From a virus, in the IMG/VR virus record IMGVR_UViG_3300025584_000449, positions 32,001 through 96,000 of that record: a stretch of DNA of 64,000 nt. One strand, 5' to 3'. The notes beneath the pieces were generated by a model. The model had not been told where the DNA came from, did no database searches, and saw only the letters and a list, made by a program, of their open reading frames with translations. Shown here in pieces: positions 1-8,253 of the stretch (positions within the stretch are counted from its first letter, which is position 1; the number at the start of each line of letters is the position of its first letter). The position numbers and the translations under genes are program-made.

Positions 1-1
1 T

Positions 2-3000
2 ACTGATGGAGCTAAAGGAGATAAGTTTGAAAAACCTATATTTGTAGGCCATCAATACTTTATGAAACTTCGTCACATTGTTAAGAAGAAAGCTGGAGAA
101 CATTCATTTGGTAATTATGATATTAATGAAACTCCTGTAGGAAAAGGTGCTCAAAAATTAGACCCTATGCTTTCTCATAGTTTACTAGCTCATGGAGCAA
201 AAGCTAATCTATATGAAATGAGTGCGTATAAGGGAAGAGCAAATGAAGAGTACTGGACTAACTTATCTCTAGGATTGCCCGCACCACCTCCATCAGATAA
301 TTTTGTATTTAATAAAATGATTAACTATATGAAGTCTGCTGGAGTTAATGTAAAAAAAGAGGGAAACAAGTTTAGAATATTTCCATTAACTGATACGCAA
401 GTTAAGGAATGGTCAACAGGTGAATTAAAAGATCCTGGCGCATTACTTGTTGGTAAAAATCTTGCAGAGCGTAAAGGTGGATTATTTGACAGAGAGATGA
501 CGGGTGGTTTACGGGGCGAGAAATGGTCTCACATAAAACTCATTAAAAAAATACCTAATCCTATGTATGAGTTAGCAATAACCAAGTTACTTGGGCTGAC
601 TGAGAATAAGTTTAATAAGATTCTAGATGGCTCTTTAGAGTTAGACGGAAAAACAGGCGTAGAAGCAATTCATGCGGCATTAAAAGGTATTGATGTTAAA
701 AAAGAGCTAAAGAAAACTAAAGCTGAATTAAAAGATGCCTCCGATAGTGCAGTTAATGGTTTAAATAAAAAAGCTAGATATTTAAAAGCTTTAAAAGATT
801 TAGACTATACTGCAGATGAGGCATACATGACTCAGTATTTGCCTGTACTACCTCCCATCTTTAGACCAGTGTATCCATTACCTAGCGGAGATCTGATGAA
901 GTCAGACCTCAATGAACACTATAGAGACATAGGAGTTATTAATAATAATTATAAAGCTATTAAAGATAAGCTAGGCAAAGAAGAACAGCTAGAGTACGAT
1001 CAATCTATTTATAAAGCTGTAAAAGCTTATCAAGGATTTATTGATCCTATATCTTTCTCTGGAAAGAAATATAAGGGAGTTATTAAAGAACTATCCGGCA
1101 CACAGGTTAAGCATGGATTAATCCATAGCTCTACGTGGTCGAAGAGGCAGGACTTGTCTGCGAGATCAACTATTACTGTTGAGCCTGATTTAGGTATTGA
1201 TGAAGTAGGTCTCCCGGAAACAATGGCTAAAGAAATATTTAAACCATTTATGATTCAAAAATTAGTTAGTCAAGGTATACCATCATTTAAAGCTAACGCA
1301 GAAGTGCAAGACTTTACTCCTACAGCTAGGCAAGCGCTAGTAGCAGTTATGGAAGAACGCCCGGTTCTTCTTAACAGAGCCCCTAGTCTTCATAAGCACG
1401 GTATACAGGCCTTTCGTCCCTTATTAATTAAGGGTAAGGCTATGCAATTAAACCCAATTATATTTTCTGGGTTTAACGCTGACCTTGATGGTGACACTAT
1501 GGCTGTTCATACACCTATAAGCCAAGAAGCTGTTACAGAGGCGTACGGATTACTGCCAAGCAAGATTATATTTAAACATGGTGATAATGGAGTAGTACCA
1601 GAAATTTCTCAAGAATATATTGTTGGTATGTATTTCTTAAGTAAATTAGGAAAAAATACCAAGAAGGAGTTTAGTTCAATAACAGAGGCTAAAGCAGCTA
1701 AACTACATCCTACTGACGTCTTCTTATTAAATGGTCAGAAAATGACTATAGGTCAGTTCGAGATTAATAAAGTATTACCTAAAGAATTAAAAGATTATTC
1801 TCGAGAGATGGATAAAAAAGCAATTAATAAAATATTTACAATTATAGGTAAGAAGTATAAAGCAGACTTCGCAAAGGTAGCAACAAGATTTAAAGAGTTA
1901 GGAAATCAGTATAGTCATAAACGTAGCTTCACTATTTCTATAACAGATTTTGCACAAGATAAATCTTATAGAGATAAAATTGTTAAAGAAGAAATGCCTA
2001 AAATTAAAAAACTAAAAGGTGATAAGCGTTCAGCAGCTATTCTAGCAATGACTGATAAAATTGAAAAAGCACAAGACAAAGTGTCAATAGGTAAAAATAA
2101 TATCTATGATATGTTAGATGCTGGTAGTATTTCTGGTGGTAAACGTGGCAGTGTTAGACAAATTTTATCTATGCCTGGGCTGTTAGCTAATGTAAAAGGT
2201 GTTCCTTTAAAAAATCCTGTATTAAAATCATATGGAGAGGGCATAGATACTAGTGCTTATTGGAACCATCTGTATGCTGTACGAAAAGGAACTGTTGACA
2301 GATCAGTTAATACGGCAGATTCTGGAGCATTAGACAAGGCTTTAATAGGAGTAACTAGAAGATTACTTATTACTACTGAGGATTGTAAAACAAATAAAGG
2401 TATCTATGTTGATGTAAATTCTAATGATATTTTAGATAGACACTTAGCTAGCTCTATAAAAGGCGTTGCTAAAAAGAATGATCTAGTTGATTCTGCGTTG
2501 CTACTTAAATTAAAATCTGCTGGATTAAAGAAAATAGAGGTAAGAAGCGCCCTTACTTGTGATGCTGCCAGTGGCGTATGTCAGCTATGCTATGGGTTAT
2601 TGCCTAATGGCCAACTTCCTAAAATTGGTGAGAATGTAGGCGTGTTGGAGTCCCAAGCCATTACTGAGAGAAGTACTCAGCTAACTATGAGAACTTTCCA
2701 CACTGGAGGAGCTGTAACCGCTGGAGGTGGTGGTGTCACAGAAGGATTCCCAAGGCTAGTTCAGTTATTAGAGGTGCCAAAGAAATTAAAGGGTAAGGCT
2801 ACGCTAAGTTCTGTAAAAGGAACTGTTAAAGCTATAACAAAAAACTTAGTTGGTGGGTATGACATTAGAATAGAAGGATACGGTACTGAAAATGATAAAA
2901 CGTTTACTATACCTTCTACAAGAAAGATAGTAGTTAAACTTGGAGATAGAGTTACTCCAGGAGATAGATTAACTGATGGAGCTATAAAACCTCAAGAGCT

Positions 3001-3433
3001 TGGAGACTACAAAGGGCACCTTGCTGCACAGCAGTATATAGTCGATGAGATAGATAAGATCTATGGCGGTGATTTCCATAAGAAAGGCATAGAGGTAGTA
3101 TTAAGAGGAGTGTCGGATAATGCTGAAATTATTAAAGCACCAGATAATAGTGGGTATTTAAGGGGAGATAAAGCTAGTATTTCATCTTTAGACGCATTAA
3201 ATAAAGATAGACGTAAAGAAGGCCTTGACACAATTAAGTATAAACCTTATTTTAAATCAATTGAGACTCTTAATGTAGATAGTGAAGACTGGTTAACACG
3301 ATTCTATACTAATAGAATTAAGTCAGCTATCCAAGAAGGAGCATCAAAAGCAGTGTATGGGGATATCGCAGGAAAAGATCCGATACCAGCATACGCTTAT
3401 GGTGACGAGTTTGGTAAGGGAGACTTTTACTAG
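2..3433 (+). CDS. rpoBC: Phage multisubunit RNA polymerase, RpoB C-terminus fused in frame to RpoC (5'-truncated by window edge)
   Basis: Frame is open from nt 2 (TDGAKGDKFEKPIFVGHQYFMKLRH..., matching RpoB [25 protein letters not shown]) and runs without a stop into RpoC motifs: LLNRAPSLH, FNADLDGD, QLTMRTFHTGG, C-x6-C-x2-C second Zn site. Confidence 0.93.
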   Translation, partial: TDGAKGDKFEKPIFVGHQYFMKLRHIVKKKAGEHSFGNYDINETPVGKGAQKLDPMLSHSLLAHGAKANLYEMSAYKGRANEEYWTNLSLGLPAPPPSDNFVFNKMINYMKSAGVNVKKEGNKFRIFPLTDTQVKEWSTGELKDPGALLVGKNLAERKGGLFDREMTGGLRGEKWSHIKLIKKIPNPMYELAITKLLGLTENKFNKILDGSLELDGKTGVEAIHAALKGIDVKKELKKTKAELKDASDSAVNGLNKKARYLKALKDLDYTADEAYMTQYLPVLPPIFRPVYPLPSGDLMKSDLNEHYRDIGVINNNYKAIKDKLGKEEQLEYDQSIYKAVKAYQGFIDPISFSGKKYKGVIKELSGTQVKHGLIHSSTWSKRQDLSARSTITVEPDLGIDEVGLPETMAKEIFKPFMIQKLVSQGIPSFKANAEVQDFTPTARQALVAVMEERPVLLNRAPSLHKHGIQAFRPLLIKGKAMQLNPIIFSGFNADLDGDTMAVHTPISQEAVTEAYGLLPSKIIFKHGDNGVVPEISQEYIVGMYFLSKLGKNTKKEFSSITEAKAAKLHPTDVFLLNGQKMTIGQFEINKVLPKELKDYSREMDKKAINKIFTIIGKKYKADFAKVATRFKELGNQYSHKRSFTISITDFAQDKSYRDKIVKEEMPKIKKLKGDKRSAAILAMTDKIEKAQDKVSIGKNNIYDMLDAGSISGGKRGSVRQILSMPGLLANVKGVPLKNPVLKSYGEGIDTSAYWNHLYAVRKGTVDRSVNTADSGALDKALIGVTRRLLITTEDCKTNKGIYVDVNSNDILDRHLASSIKGVAKKNDLVDSALLLKLKSAGLKKIEVRSALTCDAASGVCQLCYGLLPNGQLPKIGENVGVLESQAITERSTQLTMRTFHTGGAVTAGGGGVTEGFPRLVQLLEVPKKLKGKATLSSVKGTVKAITKNLVGGYDIRIEGYGTENDKTFTIPSTRKIVVKLGDRVTPGDRLTDGAIKPQELGDYKGHLAAQQYIVDEIDKIYGGDFHKKGIEVVLRGVSDNAEIIKAPDNSGYLRGDKASISSLDALNKDRRKEGLDTIKYKPYFKSIETLNVDSEDWLTRFYTNRIKSAIQEGASKAVYGDIAGKDPIPAYAYGDEFGKGDFY

Positions 3434-3435
3434 AA

Positions 3436-3792
3436 ATGCCTTATTTTAAAGATACATCTACTAATAGAATATTATATAATAAGAATCAATATAATATAGA
3501 ATATATGGATGGATTGATTGATTTAGTTGATGACTTTTGTGAGTGTTATTTAATAGTGAGTGGGGCTGTTACTGAAGAAGGAGTTTTACAGGAGCTATAT
3601 GAAGACAACCAAGATATACTAAATAATAATACTTATATTATGGAGATAGAATTTTATAATGAGGACGGAGTAGTTATAGAAGAATTTAAACCTGTAGCTA
3701 CCGATGTTCCAGCTGGGTTTCAACTAGTTAGTGAAACGGAATCACCAGTATACACATACAAATCTCCAAAGAAAAAATATACAGAATTTTAA
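3436..3792 (+). CDS. Hypothetical acidic protein
   Basis: ORF starts 2 nt after the RNAP stop and is followed by a terminator. Confidence 0.75.
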   Translation: MPYFKDTSTNRILYNKNQYNIEYMDGLIDLVDDFCECYLIVSGAVTEEGVLQELYEDNQDILNNNTYIMEIEFYNEDGVVIEEFKPVATDVPAGFQLVSETESPVYTYKSPKKKYTEF

Positions 3793-3796
3793 GATA

Positions 3797-3828
3797 AAAA
3801 AAAGAGGAGATATTTTCTCCTCTTTTTA
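3797..3828. terminator. Bidirectional intrinsic terminator
   Basis: AAAAAAAGAGGAGA-tattt-TCTCCTCTTTTT between convergent units. Confidence 0.85.
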
Positions 3829-3972
3829 TTGGACATGCAGCAGTTGACAAAACCCTAAGTATCTCTATTACGGTCGGCGTACAGTTTTAACTTAACCTAG
3901 CTTCCTACTAAAGATGCAAAGGTAAATTCACCCGAAATATCCCAACCATGACGAAACGAACAGGAGCCAAGG

Positions 3973-4046
3973 TACGCCTAGTAGGATTCGAACCTACACC
4001 TGACAGCTTAGAAGGCTGTTGACCTATCCAGTTGGACCATAGGCGC
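3973..4046 (-). tRNA. tRNA-Arg(TCT)
   Basis: Cloverleaf; anticodon arm ACAGC-CTTCTAA-GCTGT. Confidence 0.93.
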
Positions 4047-4103
4047 AATAAGAAGAAGGGGAGGATAACCTCCCCTTCTTTTGTAGGCATTGGCTAGGAG
4101 CTT

Positions 4104-5369
4104 TTAAGGAGAGCCTACATTAGTATCTAGGTCAAGACTAAGATCCTTAGCTGTCTTCACCAACAGCATATTAATCAAGTCCATCCCACCGTTGGCATAC
4201 TCACCATCACCGGAACCACCGATGACAGTCTGAGGTACCCAATCTCCGTTGTAGTTCTGCAAAGCAAGAGCGTAGTTCTGGTGGATATACTTTGCGGCTT
4301 CAATCTTAGCCTCAAGAGCACCATCCGCTTCCATCACAACTCTCTTACGGTAAGCTTCACCATCACCACGGAGTTTATTCGCAGTCTTTTCCTGACCAGC
4401 AGCCTGAGCATCAAGTTCGGCTACACGAAGAAGCTTCTTAGCCTGAAGTTCAGCAACAGCCTTCTCCTGCTCAGCCTTGGTTACAGCCTTAGCCTTAATG
4501 ACTTCCTGCTCCCACTTAGCCTTAGCAGCATCAGCTTCACCCTCTTTGACCGCAGTCAAAGCACGCTGTTCTGCAGCCTTAGCATCAGCCTTTGCAGTCT
4601 GAACATTGATAATCGCTCTACGCTGATCCTCAATCTGACCAGCCACCTCAGGATCATACTCAATGCCATTGATCGCTACGTTCTCAACTCTAATACCATA
4701 CTTGGTAAGAGCCGAAACTTCCTGACGCTTATAGTTTCCAGGAGCGGTAGAATCCTCAACGATCTTAACCTCTGAAACTGTTACTTCATTTCCAGAAATA
4801 GGATCGATAGTCTTTTTATCAACCGTAACGGTCTGATACACGCCATTGATCATCATGTCTTCAATATACCTAAGAAGGTCGGGGCGCTTCTCAGAAGTAG
4901 ATTCCATCGAAGACATTAGAGGACCAGCGTTATATACGCACTTCTCTGCCACTGTGCGAATCAAATCAAAAGAAAGACCCTCTTCAGTCTGATAGTCGTT
5001 ATAGCACATAGTGAGATGCTTCTCATCTAACGGCATATACCAACGGAAAGACAGGGAAAGAGACGCTCCACCCTTATCATTAAACCTAATACGAAGGGCC
5101 TGATTATGCGTTCCTCCCTGATCTTCCTTTGAGGAGAACCATGCCTGAGAGGACTTGTGCCAATCATAGGTCTGCCCAAGTCTCTGAGCTTTCATTCCAG
5201 CAGTGGTATGCCAATGGTAATCACCATCGATGGGATCCACTGTCAGGAGAATCTTATCACCATCAAGCCGCTCAATGAGCTTACTTGACGAAGCCACAAC
5301 GAAAATTAATGCGATGACGATGACAATAAGTCCGCCAATCTTAAATCCGTTAAAACTGTTATTAGCCAT
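4104..5369 (-). CDS. SPFH/band-7 family membrane protein
   Basis: N-terminal TM helix, ENVAINGIEYDPEV-type SPFH core, Ala/Glu/Lys coiled coil. Confidence 0.8.
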   Translation of the reverse strand: MANNSFNGFKIGGLIVIVIALIFVVASSSKLIERLDGDKILLTVDPIDGDYHWHTTAGMKAQRLGQTYDWHKSSQAWFSSKEDQGGTHNQALRIRFNDKGGASLSLSFRWYMPLDEKHLTMCYNDYQTEEGLSFDLIRTVAEKCVYNAGPLMSSMESTSEKRPDLLRYIEDMMINGVYQTVTVDKKTIDPISGNEVTVSEVKIVEDSTAPGNYKRQEVSALTKYGIRVENVAINGIEYDPEVAGQIEDQRRAIINVQTAKADAKAAEQRALTAVKEGEADAAKAKWEQEVIKAKAVTKAEQEKAVAELQAKKLLRVAELDAQAAGQEKTANKLRGDGEAYRKRVVMEADGALEAKIEAAKYIHQNYALALQNYNGDWVPQTVIGGSGDGEYANGGMDLINMLLVKTAKDLSLDLDTNVGSP

Positions 5370-5413
5370 TTTTTTTCTTACCTCGAAAAAATTGAATTGT
5401 TTAAACTGTTAAA

Positions 5414-5740
5414 TTACTTATTAAACCTATTTACTCTTTTCTGAGCTTCCTTCTCAGATTTAGTCGCTTGATCTAACATCTCTTTTGCATGCTCTCCTTG
5501 CTCCTTAGAGGATTTTACTCCCTCATCTGCATACGCCATTGATTCATCAAGCAACCTATCTGATTCTTTAATGCAATCCGCTGGTTCTATGTTATCGCCA
5601 TAAATCTTTTTACTAGACTTACGACGAAACCATGGCCACCAAGGAGTGCCCTGAACCTGTGGAACTAGTGTATTAAATACTAATACCACAAATATAGCCA
5701 ATATAAATAATGGCTGTGCAATCACCCATAAATGGATCAT
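5414..5740 (-). CDS. Small membrane protein upstream of the SPFH gene
   Basis: N-terminal hydrophobic helix plus charged coiled coil. Confidence 0.7.
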   Translation of the reverse strand: MIHLWVIAQPLFILAIFVVLVFNTLVPQVQGTPWWPWFRRKSSKKIYGDNIEPADCIKESDRLLDESMAYADEGVKSSKEQGEHAKEMLDQATKSEKEAQKRVNRFNK

Positions 5741-5821
5741 TTTTGTTTACCTTTCTTTTTATCTTGCTTTTCTGTCTTAGACTTAGTAGATTATGTTATT
5801 AAACATAAGACAAAGGAAATT

Positions 5822-6187
5822 ATGAAATATTGTATAATATGTGAAACTCAGTTAATAGGAAGACAAAGGAAATTTTGTTCAACCAAATGTAAGAATAGAT
5901 CTACAAACTACAAACATCAAAATTATAAAACTCAACAAACTAGAGGAAGATCTAGAAAGTTAGAACTTATAAAAATGAAAGGAAATAAATGTGAAGTTTG
6001 TGGATACTCTAAAAACTATGCAGCTTTATGTTTTCATCATAAGAATCCAAAAAAGAAAGAATTTCAATTAGATTTAAGACATTGTAGTAATACTTCTTGG
6101 AAAGAGTTAATTAATGAAGCCTCTAAGTGCAGACTTCTTTGCAGCAATTGCCATTCAGAAACTCATAATCCTGAATGTAGTTTATAG
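5822..6187 (+). CDS. HNH endonuclease on the strand opposite the tRNA cluster
   Basis: KCEVCGY...LCFHH...CRLLCSNCHSETH. Likely start MKYCIIC at 5822. Paralog of 25626..26045. Confidence 0.85.
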   Translation: MKYCIICETQLIGRQRKFCSTKCKNRSTNYKHQNYKTQQTRGRSRKLELIKMKGNKCEVCGYSKNYAALCFHHKNPKKKEFQLDLRHCSNTSWKELINEASKCRLLCSNCHSETHNPECSL

Positions 6188-6188
6188 G

Positions 6189-6263
6189 TGGGCCCTACTG
6201 GGCTCGAACCAGTGACCTATCCGTTATGAGCGGATTGCTACTAACCAACTGAGCTAAAGGCCC
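6189..6263 (-). tRNA. tRNA with CAT anticodon, probably Ile2 (lysidine type)
   Basis: GGGCCTTTAGCTCAGTTGG 5' end resembles bacterial Ile2; loop CTCATAA. Confidence 0.85.
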
Positions 6264-6270
6264 GAAAAAA

Positions 6271-6344
6271 TCTCCACACTGGTCAGCCGCTCGCTACCCA
6301 CCACGGATTTTCACCGTGCCTAAGCCTCGTCCGCTGTGTGGAGA
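6271..6344 (-). ncRNA. Unassigned 74-nt structured RNA candidate
   Basis: Closing stem TCTCCACAC/GTGTGGAGA; internal hairpin CACGG-TGAAAAT-CCGTG. Confidence 0.45.
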
Positions 6345-6347
6345 AGG

Positions 6348-6421
6348 TACAGGAGATGGGACTTGAACCCATAACCTTCGCCTTATAAGGACGATGCTCT
6401 GACCGGTTGAGCTACCCCTGT
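6348..6421 (-). tRNA. tRNA-Ile(TAT)
   Basis: Cloverleaf; anticodon arm TCGTC-CTTATAA-GGCGA. Confidence 0.88.
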
Positions 6422-6426
6422 ATAGG

Positions 6427-6498
6427 TTGGTGGATTAGGGATTGAACCTAAGATACAAGAGCCAAAGTCTTGTGTGTTACCAATTACACCATCCACCA
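6427..6498 (-). tRNA. tRNA-Gln(TTG)
   Basis: Arm CAAGA-CTTTGGC-TCTTG; U1-A72. Confidence 0.92.
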
Positions 6499-6532
6499 AA
6501 AAATGTGGGCAGGATAGCCTACCCACAAAGAT

Positions 6533-6589
6533 CTAATCTTTTAACCACCAGAAAAGATCGAGAATCTGAAGGATACAACAAATTTTCAT
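6533..6589 (-). CDS. 18-aa peptide MKICCILQILDLFWWLKD (not in ORF track)
   Basis: RBS GAGAGGAGG, downstream terminator GTGGGTAGG-ctat-CCTGCCCAC-ATTTTTT, paralog at 55331..55381. Confidence 0.75.
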   Translation of the reverse strand: MKICCILQILDLFWWLKD

Positions 6590-6635
6590 AAGTTGATTCC
6601 TCCTCTCAAATTACACAGTGTGCTACACCAGTGCA

Positions 6636-6716
6636 GGTGGAGGTGCAGGGTATCGAACCCTGGTCCTACTACAGTGCGCTTCGGCTTTGCAGTAGTCGAA
6701 CAGCCTTTTCACCCCC
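6636..6716 (-). ncRNA. ssrA: Mini-tmRNA: tRNA-like domain only, no mRNA-like domain
   Basis: GGGGGTG-AAAAGGCTG-TTCGAC ... GGAC-CAGGG-TTCGATA-CCCTG-CACCTCC-A-CC. G3:U70 pair; P2a TACTGC/GTAGTA closed by 16 nt. Confidence 0.82.
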
Positions 6717-6719
6717 AAA

Positions 6720-6811
6720 GTGGTTGTGAGTATAAACCTCTCTCGCTTATACTGTTCACAGTTTCGCCAGGCACTGAGAGTACGTTTGAACGCTCTCGTG
6801 AATACAACCAC
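6720..6811 (-). ncRNA. Unassigned 92-nt multibranch RNA candidate
   Basis: Stems GTGGTTGT/ACAACCAC, TTCAC/GTGAA, GAGAG..CTCTC, AGTATAAGC/GTTTATACT. Confidence 0.4.
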
Positions 6812-6815
6812 TAGG

Positions 6816-6888
6816 TGCGGAATGACGGACTTGAACCGCCGACACTCTGGATGTAACCCAGATGCTCTTCCAGCTGAGCTAATCCCGC
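6816..6888 (-). tRNA. tRNA-Val(TAC)
   Basis: Arm TCTGG-GTTACAT-CCAGA. Confidence 0.92.
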
Positions 6889-6890
6889 AA

Positions 6891-7487
6891 TTAATTAAAC
6901 ATTATTTCTATATGCTCTTTTGGCAATTCTTTTTTAATTGCTTGTGCTAATTCTCTAATTTCCCAAAGAGCAGCTTTGGACATTCTTAAACTTAAAAAGT
7001 TTCTTAAACTTCTAGCATTAATAGTCCATACAGCCTCAAACTTTAAAGACTCTGGTATTTTGTGTTTAAATCTGTCTGGAACTAACCCTTTACGTTTTAC
7101 GATCTCTATGAGATTTTTAACATATTCAAATTCTAATTGATCCAAATCAGGATCGGTGCTTACAAACTGCTCACTTAATTCTTCATCTGTAAGTTTACTT
7201 AATTTCTTTAAAGTATACCGAGTACTTCTTACAGAAGGAGAAGCGATTCTATGTCTCGCTAGCTCCTGCAATACTGCTCTACTAAATCCCTCAATCTTAA
7301 AAGTATATACTATATGCTCTATTACACTCTCATGATTTTTAGCTAAAATACTTTTTAATAGAGCCATATCGCGTGGTCCATTATTGTCACTTTTATCCAT
7401 TGAATCCCAGCAAGTTCTTGCTGCTAATACTGCTAAATCAATCGGACTATTATATAATAGTTCCACACGTTGTGTATTTTTACTCAT
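6891..7487 (-). CDS. thyX: Flavin-dependent thymidylate synthase
   Basis: HESVIEH and RHRIASPSVRSTRY ThyX motifs. Confidence 0.95.
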   Translation of the reverse strand: MSKNTQRVELLYNSPIDLAVLAARTCWDSMDKSDNNGPRDMALLKSILAKNHESVIEHIVYTFKIEGFSRAVLQELARHRIASPSVRSTRYTLKKLSKLTDEELSEQFVSTDPDLDQLEFEYVKNLIEIVKRKGLVPDRFKHKIPESLKFEAVWTINARSLRNFLSLRMSKAALWEIRELAQAIKKELPKEHIEIMFN

Positions 7488-7545
7488 TGTTTTCTTTCTG
7501 TTTAAGTACGCTCGGAAGGGATCGAACCTTCGACCACCTGATTAA

Positions 7546-8253
7546 CCTACCACACTGGCTTTCACCAGCCAAAGCTTTATTGCTTTGTTGTAGTCTGGAC
7601 CATCTCTTCACCATCAGCATTACCTGTTACGGTGGGTAACGTATGGCCTCTGAGGGCTTCCTCAAAGGATCTGTAGTTATCCATGTAGTGCACGTTTTTT
7701 TCCTGATTATTCTTTGTAGGAATAGTCCTAAAAGACATGGTCTTTCTTTTTCCTTTTGACAAAAGATACTTACTATTTATATAAGCTATTTTATCTTCCT
7801 CAAAAGCATATAGAGCAAAAATATCTATATCCCCATCATCGTAAATATACGAATAATTTGGACCAGATTTTTTCGTATCTATAGTTACCAGATCTTTATG
7901 TGCTTTTCGTGCCTTTACTTGGATTTTTACAGGTCTTTGACCAACTAGTGCAATTAAATCCACTCTTGAGTTGTCTCCATATTCTATAAATACGGGATAT
8001 CCTCTAGAAAGTAGATCTTTCATTATAACTAGCTCGCCCAAAGCGCCTTTTTCTTTTGAGTGTAGTTCCATATTAGTTTATCTCCTTTTCAACTAATATA
8101 GTACTACTCTAACGCTTTGTCAAGGGTTGCCTGCTGATTACCCATTACTATCTTGTAGATTTTCACTAAAGGATTAGTACCACAAGCTTTAGGGCGTTCC
8201 AGCATATAGTTACCTCCACTTTATAGATTTCTCTATAAAGGCTCCATTTCTTA
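7546..8253 (-). mobile_element. Group I intron (708 nt) between tRNA positions 34 and 35
   Basis: 5' end TAAGAAATGGAGCC with P2 CTTTATAGAGAAATCTATAAAG like cyanobacterial tRNA-Leu introns; P ATGCTGGAA, Q AATCAGCAGG, R CTCAGAGGCCATACG, S AAGAGATGGTCC; terminal G. Confidence 0.9.
7577..8071 (-). CDS. Intron-encoded PD-(D/E)xK homing endonuclease (I-Ssp6803I-like)
   Basis: KGALGE...GDNSRVDLI...KIQVK. Own TTGACA-17-TATATT promoter (8123..8095) inside the intron; 3' end overlaps R/S core elements. Confidence 0.85.
   Translation of the reverse strand: MELHSKEKGALGELVIMKDLLSRGYPVFIEYGDNSRVDLIALVGQRPVKIQVKARKAHKDLVTIDTKKSGPNYSYIYDDGDIDIFALYAFEEDKIAYINSKYLLSKGKRKTMSFRTIPTKNNQEKNVHYMDNYRSFEEALRGHTLPTVTGNADGEEMVQTTTKQ

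Noticed and set aside
3830-3972. ncRNA or plus-strand promoter after tRNA-Arg
   Set aside because: TTGACA-16-TATTAC and partial stems are present, but there is no convincing fold or family motif.
6271-6344. Twister-sister, cobalamin or FMN riboswitch assignment
   Set aside because: Only the T-loop hairpin is shared; the other conserved nucleotides are absent.
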